64,000 nucleotides of DNA from assembly GCA_965140415.1 (NCBI GenBank), contig OZ223209.1:3680001-3744000 (forward strand), written 5' to 3'. Within the stretch, counting starts at the first letter, position 1. Every line of letters begins with the position of its first letter. A program made the translations under genes and the position numbers. Shown one piece after another: positions 9,967-20,118 of the stretch. This stretch comes from Myxococcota bacterium. GTDB taxonomy: Bacteria > Myxococcota_A > SURF-8. A model generated the notes under the pieces. It saw only the letters and a program-made list of their open reading frames with translations, was not told the origin of the DNA and searched no databases.

Positions 9967-11825
9967 ACTACCTCCCGGGAATGTTGCATGGAACGAGACA
10001 CTGCCTCATCACGCTTCGGATAGACTCCTAAAGCATCATTCCACTTCTCCAGGCACTGAACCCATTCCGCACCGGGTTCAGCCGGGACAAAGGGTCTGCC
10101 TCGTCCGTCCAGGATCAAACCGACTTCACCACCTCGCACCTGCTGCCGACTCTTCTTTCCTGCACCAGCCCCAACATCGAATCCGCGCGCCGGTTCAATC
10201 TCCACGACAGCCGTTTCCTCCACTCCCAAAGGAATGACTTTCAGATCCCCAGCGTAAAGTTCCAGCGTGTGGTTTTCTTCCTTTGACGTCTGGACCTGAA
10301 CCCGCATGATCGATTTACCCGGCTTTGCCACTCCTACCGGAGCAATGCAGGTTCCCAGGTAAATCATGCAATCCTTTTCGAAAACTTCCGTCGCCGCACG
10401 CGGATGCAGCACGGACAGCACTCCCAAATGCGGCATCATGAAAATGGAATCGACTGCCAAGGTGGTCACGCCTTCCGGCTGGTAGGCATCCAGCAGCATC
10501 ATCGCAGTTTGCTGACGACGTGGGGCGTGTGACAAAACCCCGCCGGAACCAACGATTAAATCCAGGGCCATCATATCGACAATGGATTCTTCGCTATCGG
10601 TGTCGAAGGCATCGGCAATAGTGCGCTGTTGCTGCACACCTTTAAGCTTGGTGGCAAATTGACGGTGCTGCACGAAAGCCAATCGAAGCGCCTCTTTTGC
10701 GACAGCCTGCTCCAAAATCAAATCGTCCAGAAGTTGTGGGATGGTTGTTGGGCGGATCATCTTGTTTTTAATGGCGTTTCTGAGCTCCCGCTCATCGATG
10801 GCAAAGGGAACCCAGCGCAACACATGATCCAGACCGGCTTCCTTAAACACATTGGCAATGGAATAGCTCATTCCCAGATTAGCGGAAACCGTCCGGTTGA
10901 ATTCTCCCGAAAACACGGAAAATACATCCGTCGTCGCGCCTCCGATATCCACTCCCACCACATTGATGGCTTTCTCTTTGGCAATTGCCTGAACGATCAA
11001 CCCGACCGCGGCAGGTGTGGGCATAATGGGAGAATCCGTCCAGGTCATAAGCTTTTTATACCCCGGAGCCTGCTGCATGACGTGTTCCATGAACAAGTCA
11101 TGAATTTTTTCCCGAGTGGGCGAAAGATTTTCCTGCTCCAGACTGGGACGCAGATTCTCCACCACATCCAGATCGGCCTTTTCAGCAAGCAATTCAGACA
11201 CTTCAGTTCTGGCTTGTTTGGTTCCGGCATAGATTACCGGCAATTGATAGGTCGAGCCCAGACGCGGTTTCGGATCGGCAGCGGAAATCAACTCCGCCAA
11301 GGAAACCACATGTTCGATGCGTTCGGCATCATCGGTCATTCCCGCCAGAACGATCATATCCGGTCTCAAACGACGAATTCTTTCGATCTGCTGATAAGGC
11401 AAACGGTTGTCGTTACAGGAAATGGTGTCCATCACGATGGCACCGGCTCCCAATGCAGCACGTTCGGCGGATTCCGCCGTCATGCTCCGCACAACTCCCG
11501 CCACCATCATCTGTAGCCCCCCACCCGCTGAACTGGTGGAAATATACACATCGCAGCCAATTGGAGCCCCATCCTTTTCAGCCGGTCGAATGATGTTTCC
11601 CTGTTCGTCGAGTAACCGGCGACCGGATAATTCTTCCAACTCCTGAAAAGCGTTAATCACGCCACGCGTAACATCCTCTATCGGAGCTTCGACGGTCGTA
11701 GGCGCTTCACCTCGAAACGTTTGACGATATTCGTTTCCTATTCTTTCAAACAGGATCGCTTTGGTGGTTGTACTGCCACAATCGGTGGCGACAATCACCC
11801 GGATATCCTCGGGATTAATCGCCAT
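9963..11825 (-). CDS. Glutamate mutase L (GlmL/MutL)-family ASKHA-fold ATPase, long form
   Basis: Phosphate-1 DCGSTTTKA, SSAGGGL, IMPTP, phosphate-2 VDIGGATTDVFS, RTVSANLGMSYS, IVGSGGVLSHAP; start set at ATG 11825. Confidence 0.85.
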   Translation of the reverse strand: MAINPEDIRVIVATDCGSTTTKAILFERIGNEYRQTFRGEAPTTVEAPIEDVTRGVINAFQELEELSGRRLLDEQGNIIRPAEKDGAPIGCDVYISTSSAGGGLQMMVAGVVRSMTAESAERAALGAGAIVMDTISCNDNRLPYQQIERIRRLRPDMIVLAGMTDDAERIEHVVSLAELISAADPKPRLGSTYQLPVIYAGTKQARTEVSELLAEKADLDVVENLRPSLEQENLSPTREKIHDLFMEHVMQQAPGYKKLMTWTDSPIMPTPAAVGLIVQAIAKEKAINVVGVDIGGATTDVFSVFSGEFNRTVSANLGMSYSIANVFKEAGLDHVLRWVPFAIDERELRNAIKNKMIRPTTIPQLLDDLILEQAVAKEALRLAFVQHRQFATKLKGVQQQRTIADAFDTDSEESIVDMMALDLIVGSGGVLSHAPRRQQTAMMLLDAYQPEGVTTLAVDSIFMMPHLGVLSVLHPRAATEVFEKDCMIYLGTCIAPVGVAKPGKSIMRVQVQTSKEENHTLELYAGDLKVIPLGVEETAVVEIEPARGFDVGAGAGKKSRQQVRGGEVGLILDGRGRPFVPAEPGAEWVQCLEKWNDALGVYPKRDEAVSRSMQHSREVV

Positions 11826-12195
11826 ATTGCATTGCCTTTTCCGATTCACCCTGTTCCAAACATTCTATCTCGTGAATAAGCTGCTCCAGATTCCGACGAT
11901 CACTTAATAATTCCGATAGGTTATCGAACGATTCGCTTTCGAAAACAGATTTGTACAAAGGCGCGATGACATGCATAACTTGATTGCCGATCGGACTGAC
12001 AGGTCGCACGCTTTCAAGCAGCAGAACGGCTGGGGCGCTCATTTGACGAGCGACGATCTCCTTTGCCAGCCGTCGCAGGAACTCATCCGTTTTCCGTTCT
12101 ATTGCAAGATCTTGCTCCGGCTCCACTTGAAAAGCATGCCTGAACCAGGCAAGCAGCGATCTCCCACTCTTCTTATGCTGCCCAAACTGACGCAC
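11815..12195 (-). CDS. Small conserved hypothetical protein (first gene of GlmL operon)
   Basis: Motif EIVARQMSAPAVLLLESVRP; RBS GGAGG; overlaps the GlmL start. Confidence 0.7.
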   Translation of the reverse strand: MRQFGQHKKSGRSLLAWFRHAFQVEPEQDLAIERKTDEFLRRLAKEIVARQMSAPAVLLLESVRPVSPIGNQVMHVIAPLYKSVFESESFDNLSELLSDRRNLEQLIHEIECLEQGESEKAMQYGD

Positions 12196-12306
12196 CGTCT
12201 GTTTCCCTCCCGAATCACCTGTTTACAAGACGAAGAACTGGTTTCAACCTTGTTGAATAAGCCAACAGTGTACTCAAGATCAGGCAATAAATCCAACCTT
12301 ATCCAA

Positions 12307-12345
12307 TAAAAACGCCCGGTCCATCGTTTGATGGTAACCGGGCGT
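12307..12345 (-). terminator. Rho-independent terminator
   Basis: ACGCCCGGT-CCATC/GATGG-ACCGGGCGT hairpin with U tract on the minus strand, downstream of 12389..13033. Confidence 0.75.
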
Positions 12346-12388
12346 GATTTCCAACCATTCGTTGCGAAACAGTTGTTAATCTATTTCT

Positions 12389-13033
12389 TTATCCTTTTTT
12401 GGACTTGCGAGTCGCTTTCTTTTCCGGTCCCAGAATATCCGCTAACGCCAAGCCTTTGATTTTAGCGTAACTACGCTCGAAACGCTTGCGCGCCGCAACA
12501 CTGGAGAAATACTTTCCTTTCAAATCGGCTTCGGCAACAACTTCACCACTGCTCGGATATCCAAAGCGTGTTTCCAGCGAAGAGCTGATTTGCTCCAGAA
12601 CTTCTTTCTCCGGGAAGGATTTTTTCTGATCTGCAACAATCACGAACTTCACGGATTCGCCGGTGCGCTTGTATTCCAAATTCCAGAATACGGAAATGAC
12701 ATGGGAGCTGTGCGCCTTCAAAGGCTTGGTAATCAACTGAGCAGCTTCCTTGGCCAATCCTCGTTCGGTTTCAAACACGGGTTCCAGAAGCTCCCAAATC
12801 ACGCGATGATCCCGGTTAATGGTATAGGAGTATGCACGTCCTACAGCCTTGCGGAACAGGGCCTTGTTTTTCACCAGGCTATCCAGCGAAAGCTGGCAGG
12901 AACGCGGTGAAATATTAGCTAATGAGGCGATGCGGCGACCTGTCATGGCATCGTCCGATTCGTACAATACTCTCAAGATTTCAACTTTAGAAGTTGTTCC
13001 CAACAAGTAATTTAACATTTTGCTTTGAGTCAT
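12389..13033 (-). CDS. Winged-HTH protein fused to a degenerate nucleotidyltransferase-like domain
   Basis: N-terminal LLGTTSKVEILRVL...TGRRIASLANIS...VGRAYSYTINRDH is typical of HTH-MNT fusions; the C-domain lacks GS and DxD. Confidence 0.65.
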   Translation of the reverse strand: MTQSKMLNYLLGTTSKVEILRVLYESDDAMTGRRIASLANISPRSCQLSLDSLVKNKALFRKAVGRAYSYTINRDHRVIWELLEPVFETERGLAKEAAQLITKPLKAHSSHVISVFWNLEYKRTGESVKFVIVADQKKSFPEKEVLEQISSSLETRFGYPSSGEVVAEADLKGKYFSSVAARKRFERSYAKIKGLALADILGPEKKATRKSKKG

Positions 13034-13830
13034 TTCCTGTCTCCTTTTTTCAATTGATTCCTGTTTGCTTTACTTCTGAAAACAAAGTCTGTGTTACATA
13101 ACTAAAAACACACGTAACTCTTACAAATCGATCACACAAAAAATCCTACTTGTGACCTTCCCGCCAAAATCGGCCACAACATTTGAACTACAACGGCAAT
13201 CCTATCCAATATCTAACCAGTGCAAATTGAATCCTATTCCGAACGACACTTAAAATATCTACTATTTAACAAAATACCACCGATTAGCGTCATGAAATGA
13301 ACGCTTAATAGACATATCTTGCTTTTGACAACCAGATGAAAGATTCGGCAATCCAATAGATCAAATTCGGGCAAACTAAAGCCACACAATACAATGACTA
13401 ATTTACCACCGCAACAAAAGGATCACCTATTTGCCACACTTATTCCCGATTTTCCAGCATTTCGGTGCAAAAACAATCCATTATCAAACAACAACCAACT
13501 ATATTACACCAACGCCCTTGCCGAACGGAACACTTTCAATGTCAGGAAATCACTACCCAAAGCATTATGTCAGTACGACACGGTCTTTACACTGGAGTAA
13601 ATCATGTATTTTATATACAGCACGAGACCACATGTGTCAACAAAAAAAAGGAAAACTTGCCTTAAATATAATTCTCTACTGCTTCGGTGTACAAGCGATA
13701 TATAGGAAGAATCCAGGAGCATATCGAATACGATTCCACCCTGCACCTGCAAAACGGATCTGCTTGTATTCGACAGGATGATACCTGGCTAATCCAGGTA
13801 AAAGGATGAATCAATCTTTTCCATGTATGA

Positions 13831-13865
13831 GAAAACCCATCGCCGGTATGACGATGGGTTTTTTC
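13831..13865. terminator. Intrinsic terminator (possibly bidirectional)
   Basis: AAAACCCATCG-N9-CGATGGGTTTT, 30 nt past the stop of 13895..16522. Confidence 0.8.
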
Positions 13866-13894
13866 ATTAACCAAGTTTATTTATATAGCTGTTG

Positions 13895-16522
13895 CTATTC
13901 AATCTCCTGAGATTCAGCGGCATCGACATCAAGTTCGATCTCGACATCTCCGTCTACGTCACCATCAACGTCACCGTCAACATCCCCATCCACGACCGGA
14001 GTTTCACAGGTTGTGGCTTCCCACTCTCCAAATGCCTCGACAGCCTGTAGAACGGTACCCTTTTCTCCTGCAAAATAAACCTGATCGGGGCTGCGTCCCC
14101 AGATTTCGTTCAGACGCAAGGAGACTCCTGTATCTACTTTCTCGAAACAGAGGCCATCGCCGGACCAATACAGATTCCCTTGATCCGAAACGATGAAGAT
14201 GTGATTTTCGTCTGTACCCCAGACCTTCAAGAAGCTCTCCTCGGCAACGGCTCCAGCCACGGACAGTTTCAGGAAGTGATTCCCATCGTAGAGCCATGCA
14301 CCGGCGTGATCCCCGACGAAATAGACAGCATCGTTATCTTCGCCCCATACCGCATTGAGCGCCCCGACATCGGCACCGGAGGAGAAATCATCGAAATCGA
14401 TGAATTCCCAGCTATAGGTATCGGCATCGCCTCCACCCGGCGGCAATCGATGAGCGGCAATCCCTTCATTGCCGACAACCCAAACATTGCTGAAACTCGA
14501 CGCCCACACGCCATTCCAGGTGTTCATGTCATTCTGTACAAGTTCTGGGAAATTGACTTTGTCATTGCCGGGCGAGAAGTAGAAAGCCATCTCTTCACCT
14601 ACGGCAAACATCGTATCGTCGTTGAGACCGTATGCATCCCGAATGATACCGGTAAACAATGAGCTTTCAAAAGCGGTCAGGATCGGTCCGGCTCCACCCC
14701 AAACCCGAACTTCATGACTGAAGAAATAGACCTGGCCGGTGCTGACGATCCAGATGTCACCAATTGGATAAACACCCAAATTTTCATCATCCAAGTTGTC
14801 CAGATATTGCCAGGTGCTGTTAGCGGAATTGTCAGTATCCAAATAGTAAACGTCGCCATTAACGCTGGTTTTGTACAGAACCGGACCACGTCCCCATAGA
14901 GCTTCGACGTCACTTGGAGCGCCGGAAGCATCTTTACGAGAAGCCTGCTTATTGATTTGCGTCCAGGTTCCAAGATGCGGATTGAATCCCCACACCACAC
15001 CATAATCTCCTACCGCCACGGCGATACCATCTTCAGTAACATCCACCCCGTACAACGTGTCCTGAGCAGGCGCATCCGGCAAACGCTTCCAAATATGATT
15101 TTCCAGGAATTCTGGGGCATTTTCCACGACGCCACCTATATAGACCGGGTTCTCACCCTCTACCAGGCGATATGCAGCGCCTCCTTCTCCAACCGCGAAA
15201 ATCATGTCACCACGCCCGGCAACGGCATAGAAGGTTGGTGAAGAAGTATCATCCTGCGGGTCTCCCATGAATTGAGAAAAATCCCACCAGGAAACATTGT
15301 CGTAATAACTGATGGTTTTGCTCGATCCAACTGCGATCACGTGTTCTTCATCCAGTCCCCACACACCATACAGGTTTTCATTGTTCTGACAGGCCGGATC
15401 GAGAATGTTAAACGTATACTGATCGGTCGATTTCAGCGCCTTACAGTTGTCACCGACAACCATGTAAGTCGTATCGGCGATACCCCACATTGCGTTCAAT
15501 GTTTCAGCAGTTCCGGTACGACGCTTGTTCCAATCGATCAGGTACTGATACAAAACGCCTAATTCACCTACCGCATAGAAATTCGCACCATCGGAATAGG
15601 CTCCGAAGAAATCCAACCCTGCCGTGCCAGCCGCTCCAAAGTTCGCCTTATCGACCGCACTCCATTCGTCATTTTCAAGCTTCAGCACCGTCGCATCGTT
15701 TCCTGCCGCATACACCAGGCTGTCATCCACACCGTGAATGCCATTCATACGCGGCAATGTCGAAGACATCTGCCCCTCCGAAAACGACTCAAGATCGAAC
15801 ATGGTTCGTAGTCCATTGTCTCCTGAAATCCATAAACTGGAATCCGGGCTCCACCATGCCCCGGTCAATCGATGGCCGGTCGGCCAAGGGCTGTTCCAGC
15901 AAATGGAATCCGAAGAACAGATATTCCCCAGGAAACTGTCACCGAAAATGAAAGGCGGAACGGCGTCTTCCTCTATCTCCGCTTCCATTTCCTGATCCGG
16001 TTCGATTTCGGCATCCATATCGCCGTCGATGACGATGTCTCCCTCAAGATCGCCATCCACATCACCATCCATATCGCCGCCATCGCCATCCTCATCGCCG
16101 TCGACTTCCACCTCGCTCACTTCTCCGTCGAGATCTCCATCTTCCACATCACCGTCGATGATCGTATCTCCATCCGGCTCCTCAACACACTTGCCTTCGG
16201 CAACACAGATCGGAGAATCAAACAGCTCGCAGCATACCAGGTCATCGCTGTCACAAGTCTTTCCGGCATTGCAAGGCTCGTTTTCACCACCGGTTGGACC
16301 ATAGCATTCCGTTTCGGTGATGCACGTGAGTGTATCCGGGCAACAAATGATATGACGGTCAGGATCATCCTGGAACAGGCCGGAATCCTGGCAGAGGTAG
16401 TTTTTATTACAGGATTGTCCTTCTTTACCCACACCGTCATTCATGCAAGCTGTCATGGGAAGCAGCAATGTAAAAGCAGCAGTCAGGCCAAGCAACCATT
16501 TTATCATCAGGGAAGTCCGCAC
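13895..16522 (-). CDS. Large lipoprotein: Cys-rich N-terminus, acidic DGD linker, beta-propeller repeats, DGD tail
   Basis: Lipobox MTAC; repeats L.xxWG....AVG..G about every 40-45 aa (YCF48-like propeller); start set at GTG 16522 (start uncertain). Confidence 0.75.
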   Translation of the reverse strand: MRTSLMIKWLLGLTAAFTLLLPMTACMNDGVGKEGQSCNKNYLCQDSGLFQDDPDRHIICCPDTLTCITETECYGPTGGENEPCNAGKTCDSDDLVCCELFDSPICVAEGKCVEEPDGDTIIDGDVEDGDLDGEVSEVEVDGDEDGDGGDMDGDVDGDLEGDIVIDGDMDAEIEPDQEMEAEIEEDAVPPFIFGDSFLGNICSSDSICWNSPWPTGHRLTGAWWSPDSSLWISGDNGLRTMFDLESFSEGQMSSTLPRMNGIHGVDDSLVYAAGNDATVLKLENDEWSAVDKANFGAAGTAGLDFFGAYSDGANFYAVGELGVLYQYLIDWNKRRTGTAETLNAMWGIADTTYMVVGDNCKALKSTDQYTFNILDPACQNNENLYGVWGLDEEHVIAVGSSKTISYYDNVSWWDFSQFMGDPQDDTSSPTFYAVAGRGDMIFAVGEGGAAYRLVEGENPVYIGGVVENAPEFLENHIWKRLPDAPAQDTLYGVDVTEDGIAVAVGDYGVVWGFNPHLGTWTQINKQASRKDASGAPSDVEALWGRGPVLYKTSVNGDVYYLDTDNSANSTWQYLDNLDDENLGVYPIGDIWIVSTGQVYFFSHEVRVWGGAGPILTAFESSLFTGIIRDAYGLNDDTMFAVGEEMAFYFSPGNDKVNFPELVQNDMNTWNGVWASSFSNVWVVGNEGIAAHRLPPGGGDADTYSWEFIDFDDFSSGADVGALNAVWGEDNDAVYFVGDHAGAWLYDGNHFLKLSVAGAVAEESFLKVWGTDENHIFIVSDQGNLYWSGDGLCFEKVDTGVSLRLNEIWGRSPDQVYFAGEKGTVLQAVEAFGEWEATTCETPVVDGDVDGDVDGDVDGDVEIELDVDAAESQEIE

Positions 16523-16565
16523 GGTCCGTTCCTTTCGTTCTTCCTTGGATTTTCTCGTAGGAAAG

Positions 16566-17765
16566 TTAAAACTCCACATCAGCTTTTAGCAGGACACCAT
16601 CATCGGTAATACCGATACCACCGCCCGCGCCGATATTCTTCGCATTCTGCCAGTCCACGATAAACAGGATTACAGAGGTCAGCAATAACGCCCCTCCGGT
16701 TCCGTACATGGCATTGGAGGTAATCATGTACGTTCTGCTTTTATCGTTGTAATCTTTTAGCTCTGGGATGGAAGCAGCCTTATCCGCATTGGATTGTTCC
16801 TTGTTCGATAAATACCCGAACACCAGCCCCAAACCCTCCGCGACGACCCCGGTTGCCAACGTAGTCCAGGCGGCAATACCAACACCGGGATTCCGTTCCA
16901 GCTGCGGTTGTGGCAAGTCTTCGTACAGCAGAGCCATATCATCCGAGTTCGAAGGCGACGTCATCAATACGGGAACTTCGGTAATCAATCCCAATTCAAT
17001 CAACGACTTATGATACTCTTGCTGCCCGACTTCCGCCAAACGTTCCATACTGGTCTGGGTAACCAGTATCTCCTTTAAAACTCGTCGATTCGGCAAATCG
17101 ATAATTCGGACAAAAAGAGTGAACTCCGCAAACATCTGCTCTTTGGGAGCGGCACCAATCGGATTGGTCCCCATCGATGGAGCCATTCCACCTTCAGTTA
17201 ATGTACTAGGATCAACCGCGCTCATCCGAACTTTTCCCGCGATCAGAATATCCAGACTGGCAGGCTTCAATGCAACCTGCAAACAACCGGGGTCCAACCA
17301 GCAGCGGTTATATAATACCAGTTCTCTGGGTCCCATGGTCTTGACGATTTCTTCATGGGGAATGACCGTATTATTAAAGGCGTTGATTTCCTTCGTTTCT
17401 TCAGTTACTGCGCGCGTAAGCAGTTCCCGTTTGGAGGCTTCGATTTTTTGCTCCACCTCAAACGTGGGACGCATCTCCAACACACCGATACGAAAAACTT
17501 TTTGATCGAGTTGCTCCGCTTTTTCCCGTGTCGGTCCCCGCTGCGCATCGTTTCCGGTTTGAACCGTATCCGCATCGTCAGAAGACATGGGAACGGTATC
17601 ATCATCATCGGATTGGGCGAAGCTGACTCCAGGCCAAGCCAACAAACAAACCGCCGTTAAAACCATGAGAACACTTCGATAATCAATCAGTCTCATCATC
17701 CAGCTCACTTTATTGACACTATTGTAATTTCTAATGGATTTTTGCCCCAGATCGAACCGTGCCAT
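16566..17765 (-). CDS. Exported/membrane hypothetical protein with C-terminal hydrophobic hairpin
   Basis: Signal-like segment ending SFA-Q; C-terminal AAWTTLATG...GLGLVFG and YGTGGALLL...F, as in myxobacterial PEGA/TPR-associated proteins; start uncertain. Confidence 0.65.
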   Translation of the reverse strand: MARFDLGQKSIRNYNSVNKVSWMMRLIDYRSVLMVLTAVCLLAWPGVSFAQSDDDDTVPMSSDDADTVQTGNDAQRGPTREKAEQLDQKVFRIGVLEMRPTFEVEQKIEASKRELLTRAVTEETKEINAFNNTVIPHEEIVKTMGPRELVLYNRCWLDPGCLQVALKPASLDILIAGKVRMSAVDPSTLTEGGMAPSMGTNPIGAAPKEQMFAEFTLFVRIIDLPNRRVLKEILVTQTSMERLAEVGQQEYHKSLIELGLITEVPVLMTSPSNSDDMALLYEDLPQPQLERNPGVGIAAWTTLATGVVAEGLGLVFGYLSNKEQSNADKAASIPELKDYNDKSRTYMITSNAMYGTGGALLLTSVILFIVDWQNAKNIGAGGGIGITDDGVLLKADVEF

Positions 17766-17998
17766 CTCTTACTTCTTGAGTTTATTAGATTATCATAGAA
17801 TAGCACAATCCCGCAAGAAATGATTTCCATTCCCAATAACATCCCACAGTCGGCATACAAACTGGATACCCTATGATATTCTGGAGAAATCTCATTCAAA
17901 CTCTTACCAATCCATGTTTGACGGCTTCCCCAAAACACGCTATTCTCCAGATAATGAGAAAGTAATTTTCCATCTCCTAATAAAGGAACGAAAAAAGC

Positions 17999-18328
17999 AT
18001 GCCGTCCATCCGTTTGCCCCAACTAGCACGTATTCTGTTAATCCTTTTGATTTGCACGACCATGGTCGCCTGTGGTGGTCGCACATGCAGGGATGCCTGT
18101 ACCCTGGAATACGACACCTGCAACGCAACCGATGGTGATGCGACGGTAGATGGCGACGCAGCGGAAGAAGCCGCTAAAACTAGAGAAAAAACGATTGATG
18201 AATGTGTGGACACTTGCATGGAAAACAAGTATCCGACAGGCTGTCTGGTATGTGCAGAAGAGCCGACTTGCTCGGAAATTGCAGACTGCTACAGCACCAA
18301 CCCCCGCTGCGAAAGCAGCGGTGGCTGA
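17999..18328 (+). CDS. Small Cys-rich lipoprotein
   Basis: Lipobox MVAC; CxxxC pairs; TDGDATVDGD linker. Confidence 0.7.
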   Translation: MPSIRLPQLARILLILLICTTMVACGGRTCRDACTLEYDTCNATDGDATVDGDAAEEAAKTREKTIDECVDTCMENKYPTGCLVCAEEPTCSEIADCYSTNPRCESSGG

Positions 18329-18367
18329 CAAATTATCGATTTAGGTTTTTGTTGGGTTAGAAGCAGG

Positions 18368-19180
18368 TTATTCGCAGACACACACATCATGACCGCGATC
18401 GTTATCGCGTGAACAAGAAATAAAACTCAATCCCTGTTCCTCGCAAAGCGTAGCGCAATCACGAGTCTCGATCTCACCGCCTTCACATACGGCAAGGCTT
18501 GTGCCTAAACAGGTCGGCTGGGTGCTCTTGCACAGTTCGTCTTCCGGCTTTTGGGAACAATGACAGATTTCCATCGGTGTTTCACCATCCATTTCACAAT
18601 ACCCGAAATACCGATCTTTCTTTTCACACTCTTCACGACAGCTAACCGTCGTCCATGAACCTTCGGGATTGCAGATCGTCACATACCCTTCTTCACATTT
18701 GACGAAATTCGCATCGCAAACACCAGAGGACATCCCCTCGCACATGCAGGCATCCTGTCCGCTTATTGGATCTCGATCGCAACCGGTGCTTTCGGTTGCA
18801 AATGTTGCACAGAATTCGGAACAGGAAATCGGCACCCAGTCACAATCCTGACAGACTTCCAGGTCATCTTCTGCACAACGCTGCTCGCCATCCTCACAGC
18901 AACTGCCGGAGCACAGGCAGAAATCGTGTCCTCGTTCCTCATCATATGTGCAGCCACCGGTTGAGGTCTGCCCCAATCCTTCACAAACCGAATCGCAGCT
19001 TTCATACGCCCACTCACCATTTGCACCGCAGATTTTCAGCCTATCGCCATCACAGGCAAACAATCCCTGAGCTTCACAATACGAATTCGGCACAAATGTG
19101 ATGTCTTTCTCATCGGCACAAGAAGCAACAAGCACCAGACAAATGGTAATAAACAGAAAACGAACGAAACGAGTTCCCAT
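18368..19180 (-). CDS. Lipoprotein with four tandem 8-Cys repeats
   Basis: Start ATG 19180 with RBS GAGG; lipobox VASC; four ~58-aa repeats each ending C-x-C. Confidence 0.8.
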   Translation of the reverse strand: MGTRFVRFLFITICLVLVASCADEKDITFVPNSYCEAQGLFACDGDRLKICGANGEWAYESCDSVCEGLGQTSTGGCTYDEERGHDFCLCSGSCCEDGEQRCAEDDLEVCQDCDWVPISCSEFCATFATESTGCDRDPISGQDACMCEGMSSGVCDANFVKCEEGYVTICNPEGSWTTVSCREECEKKDRYFGYCEMDGETPMEICHCSQKPEDELCKSTQPTCLGTSLAVCEGGEIETRDCATLCEEQGLSFISCSRDNDRGHDVCVCE

Positions 19181-19449
19181 GATTTCCTCTCGATTCGGAG
19201 TTGTCGTGTAACGAATAGCGGATCCGATCTGCATTAGTATCCATTCCTCGATAAAAGTCAAGTTTGCAATCCACCCGAACTGATACATCTAACAACATCT
19301 CACCTCTGATGAGTAGCACAGCAAAAAGGTCATTGCCAAATTTCTCCATTGATCGATTGACTCTTTGTGCTACGTTTCCTGTACCATATTCCACTTCTCC
19401 AGAGCATTCAGACCTTGGAATAGGTTGCTTCGATTGGTTTGGTTTCTCC

Positions 19450-19477
19450 TTGACATTTCAAGGGCTTCTGCTAACAT
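19450..19477 (+). promoter_or_regulatory. sigma70-type promoter of lspA-lgt
   Basis: TTGACA-N16-TAACAT with TG extended -10. Confidence 0.55.
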
Positions 19478-19566
19478 GGCGCGATCTAATTCGATGCCGT
19501 CAGCGCTATTTGGTTAACGATATTAAATACATGCGGGATGCATGTATTCCAAAGCAAGGAATTCAC

Positions 19567-20112
19567 GTGTTAAATCGAAAACGAAAGTATCTTCTGGCCA
19601 TTGCTATCCCTGCTGTCATTCTGGATCAGTTGACGAAGTGGTGGGCGATGTCGCTAGAGTTTCGTCCTCCGGTCGAAATTATCGAGAACTTTTTCCACTT
19701 CATCTACGTGGAAAACAAGGGAGCCGCATGGTCCATGTTCGCGGATCTGCCGGACAACATTCGAATTCCGTTCTTTGCTGTCATCTCATTTATTTCCGTT
19801 GGCTTTGTCCTGTATTTCTTCACTAAAATCGAAAACCACCACACCGGTCTGATCGTCGGTCTTTCCAGTATTTTAGGCGGTGCTCTTGGCAATGTAATCG
19901 ATCGTTTCACGCGCGACGGTGTCATCGACTTCATCGACTGGCATTACTACAATCATCACTGGCCAACATTCAATGTTGCCGACATTTACATCACGGTGGG
20001 CGTCGGGCTGCTGTTAATCGAAATGTTTTTCGGAAAAAGCGATCTTTCGCTATTCCACCGACCGGAGGAATCTGAACAAAAAACCGATTCCTCAAGCCCT
20101 TCCAATAACTGA
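19567..20112 (+). CDS. lspA: Lipoprotein signal peptidase II
   Basis: LDQLTK, NKGAAWS, GGALGNVIDR, VIDFI, WPTFNVAD; start GTG 19567 with RBS AAGGA. Confidence 0.95.
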   Translation: MLNRKRKYLLAIAIPAVILDQLTKWWAMSLEFRPPVEIIENFFHFIYVENKGAAWSMFADLPDNIRIPFFAVISFISVGFVLYFFTKIENHHTGLIVGLSSILGGALGNVIDRFTRDGVIDFIDWHYYNHHWPTFNVADIYITVGVGLLLIEMFFGKSDLSLFHRPEESEQKTDSSSPSNN

Positions 20113-20118
20113 TCGACC

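Noticed and set aside
9963-11825. DNA mismatch-repair MutL
   Set aside because: Name coincidence only; motifs are ASKHA/GlmL-type, not GHKL.
13394-13874. Small ORFs in the AT-rich gap (likewise 61365..62247)
   Set aside because: No RBS, atypical composition and mutually overlapping; treated as non-coding.
13945-13995. 12-nt periodic repeats, and similar ones at 16020-16160, as a possible CRISPR or VNTR locus
   Set aside because: Degenerate in-frame codons for DGDV linkers; no spacers and no cas genes.
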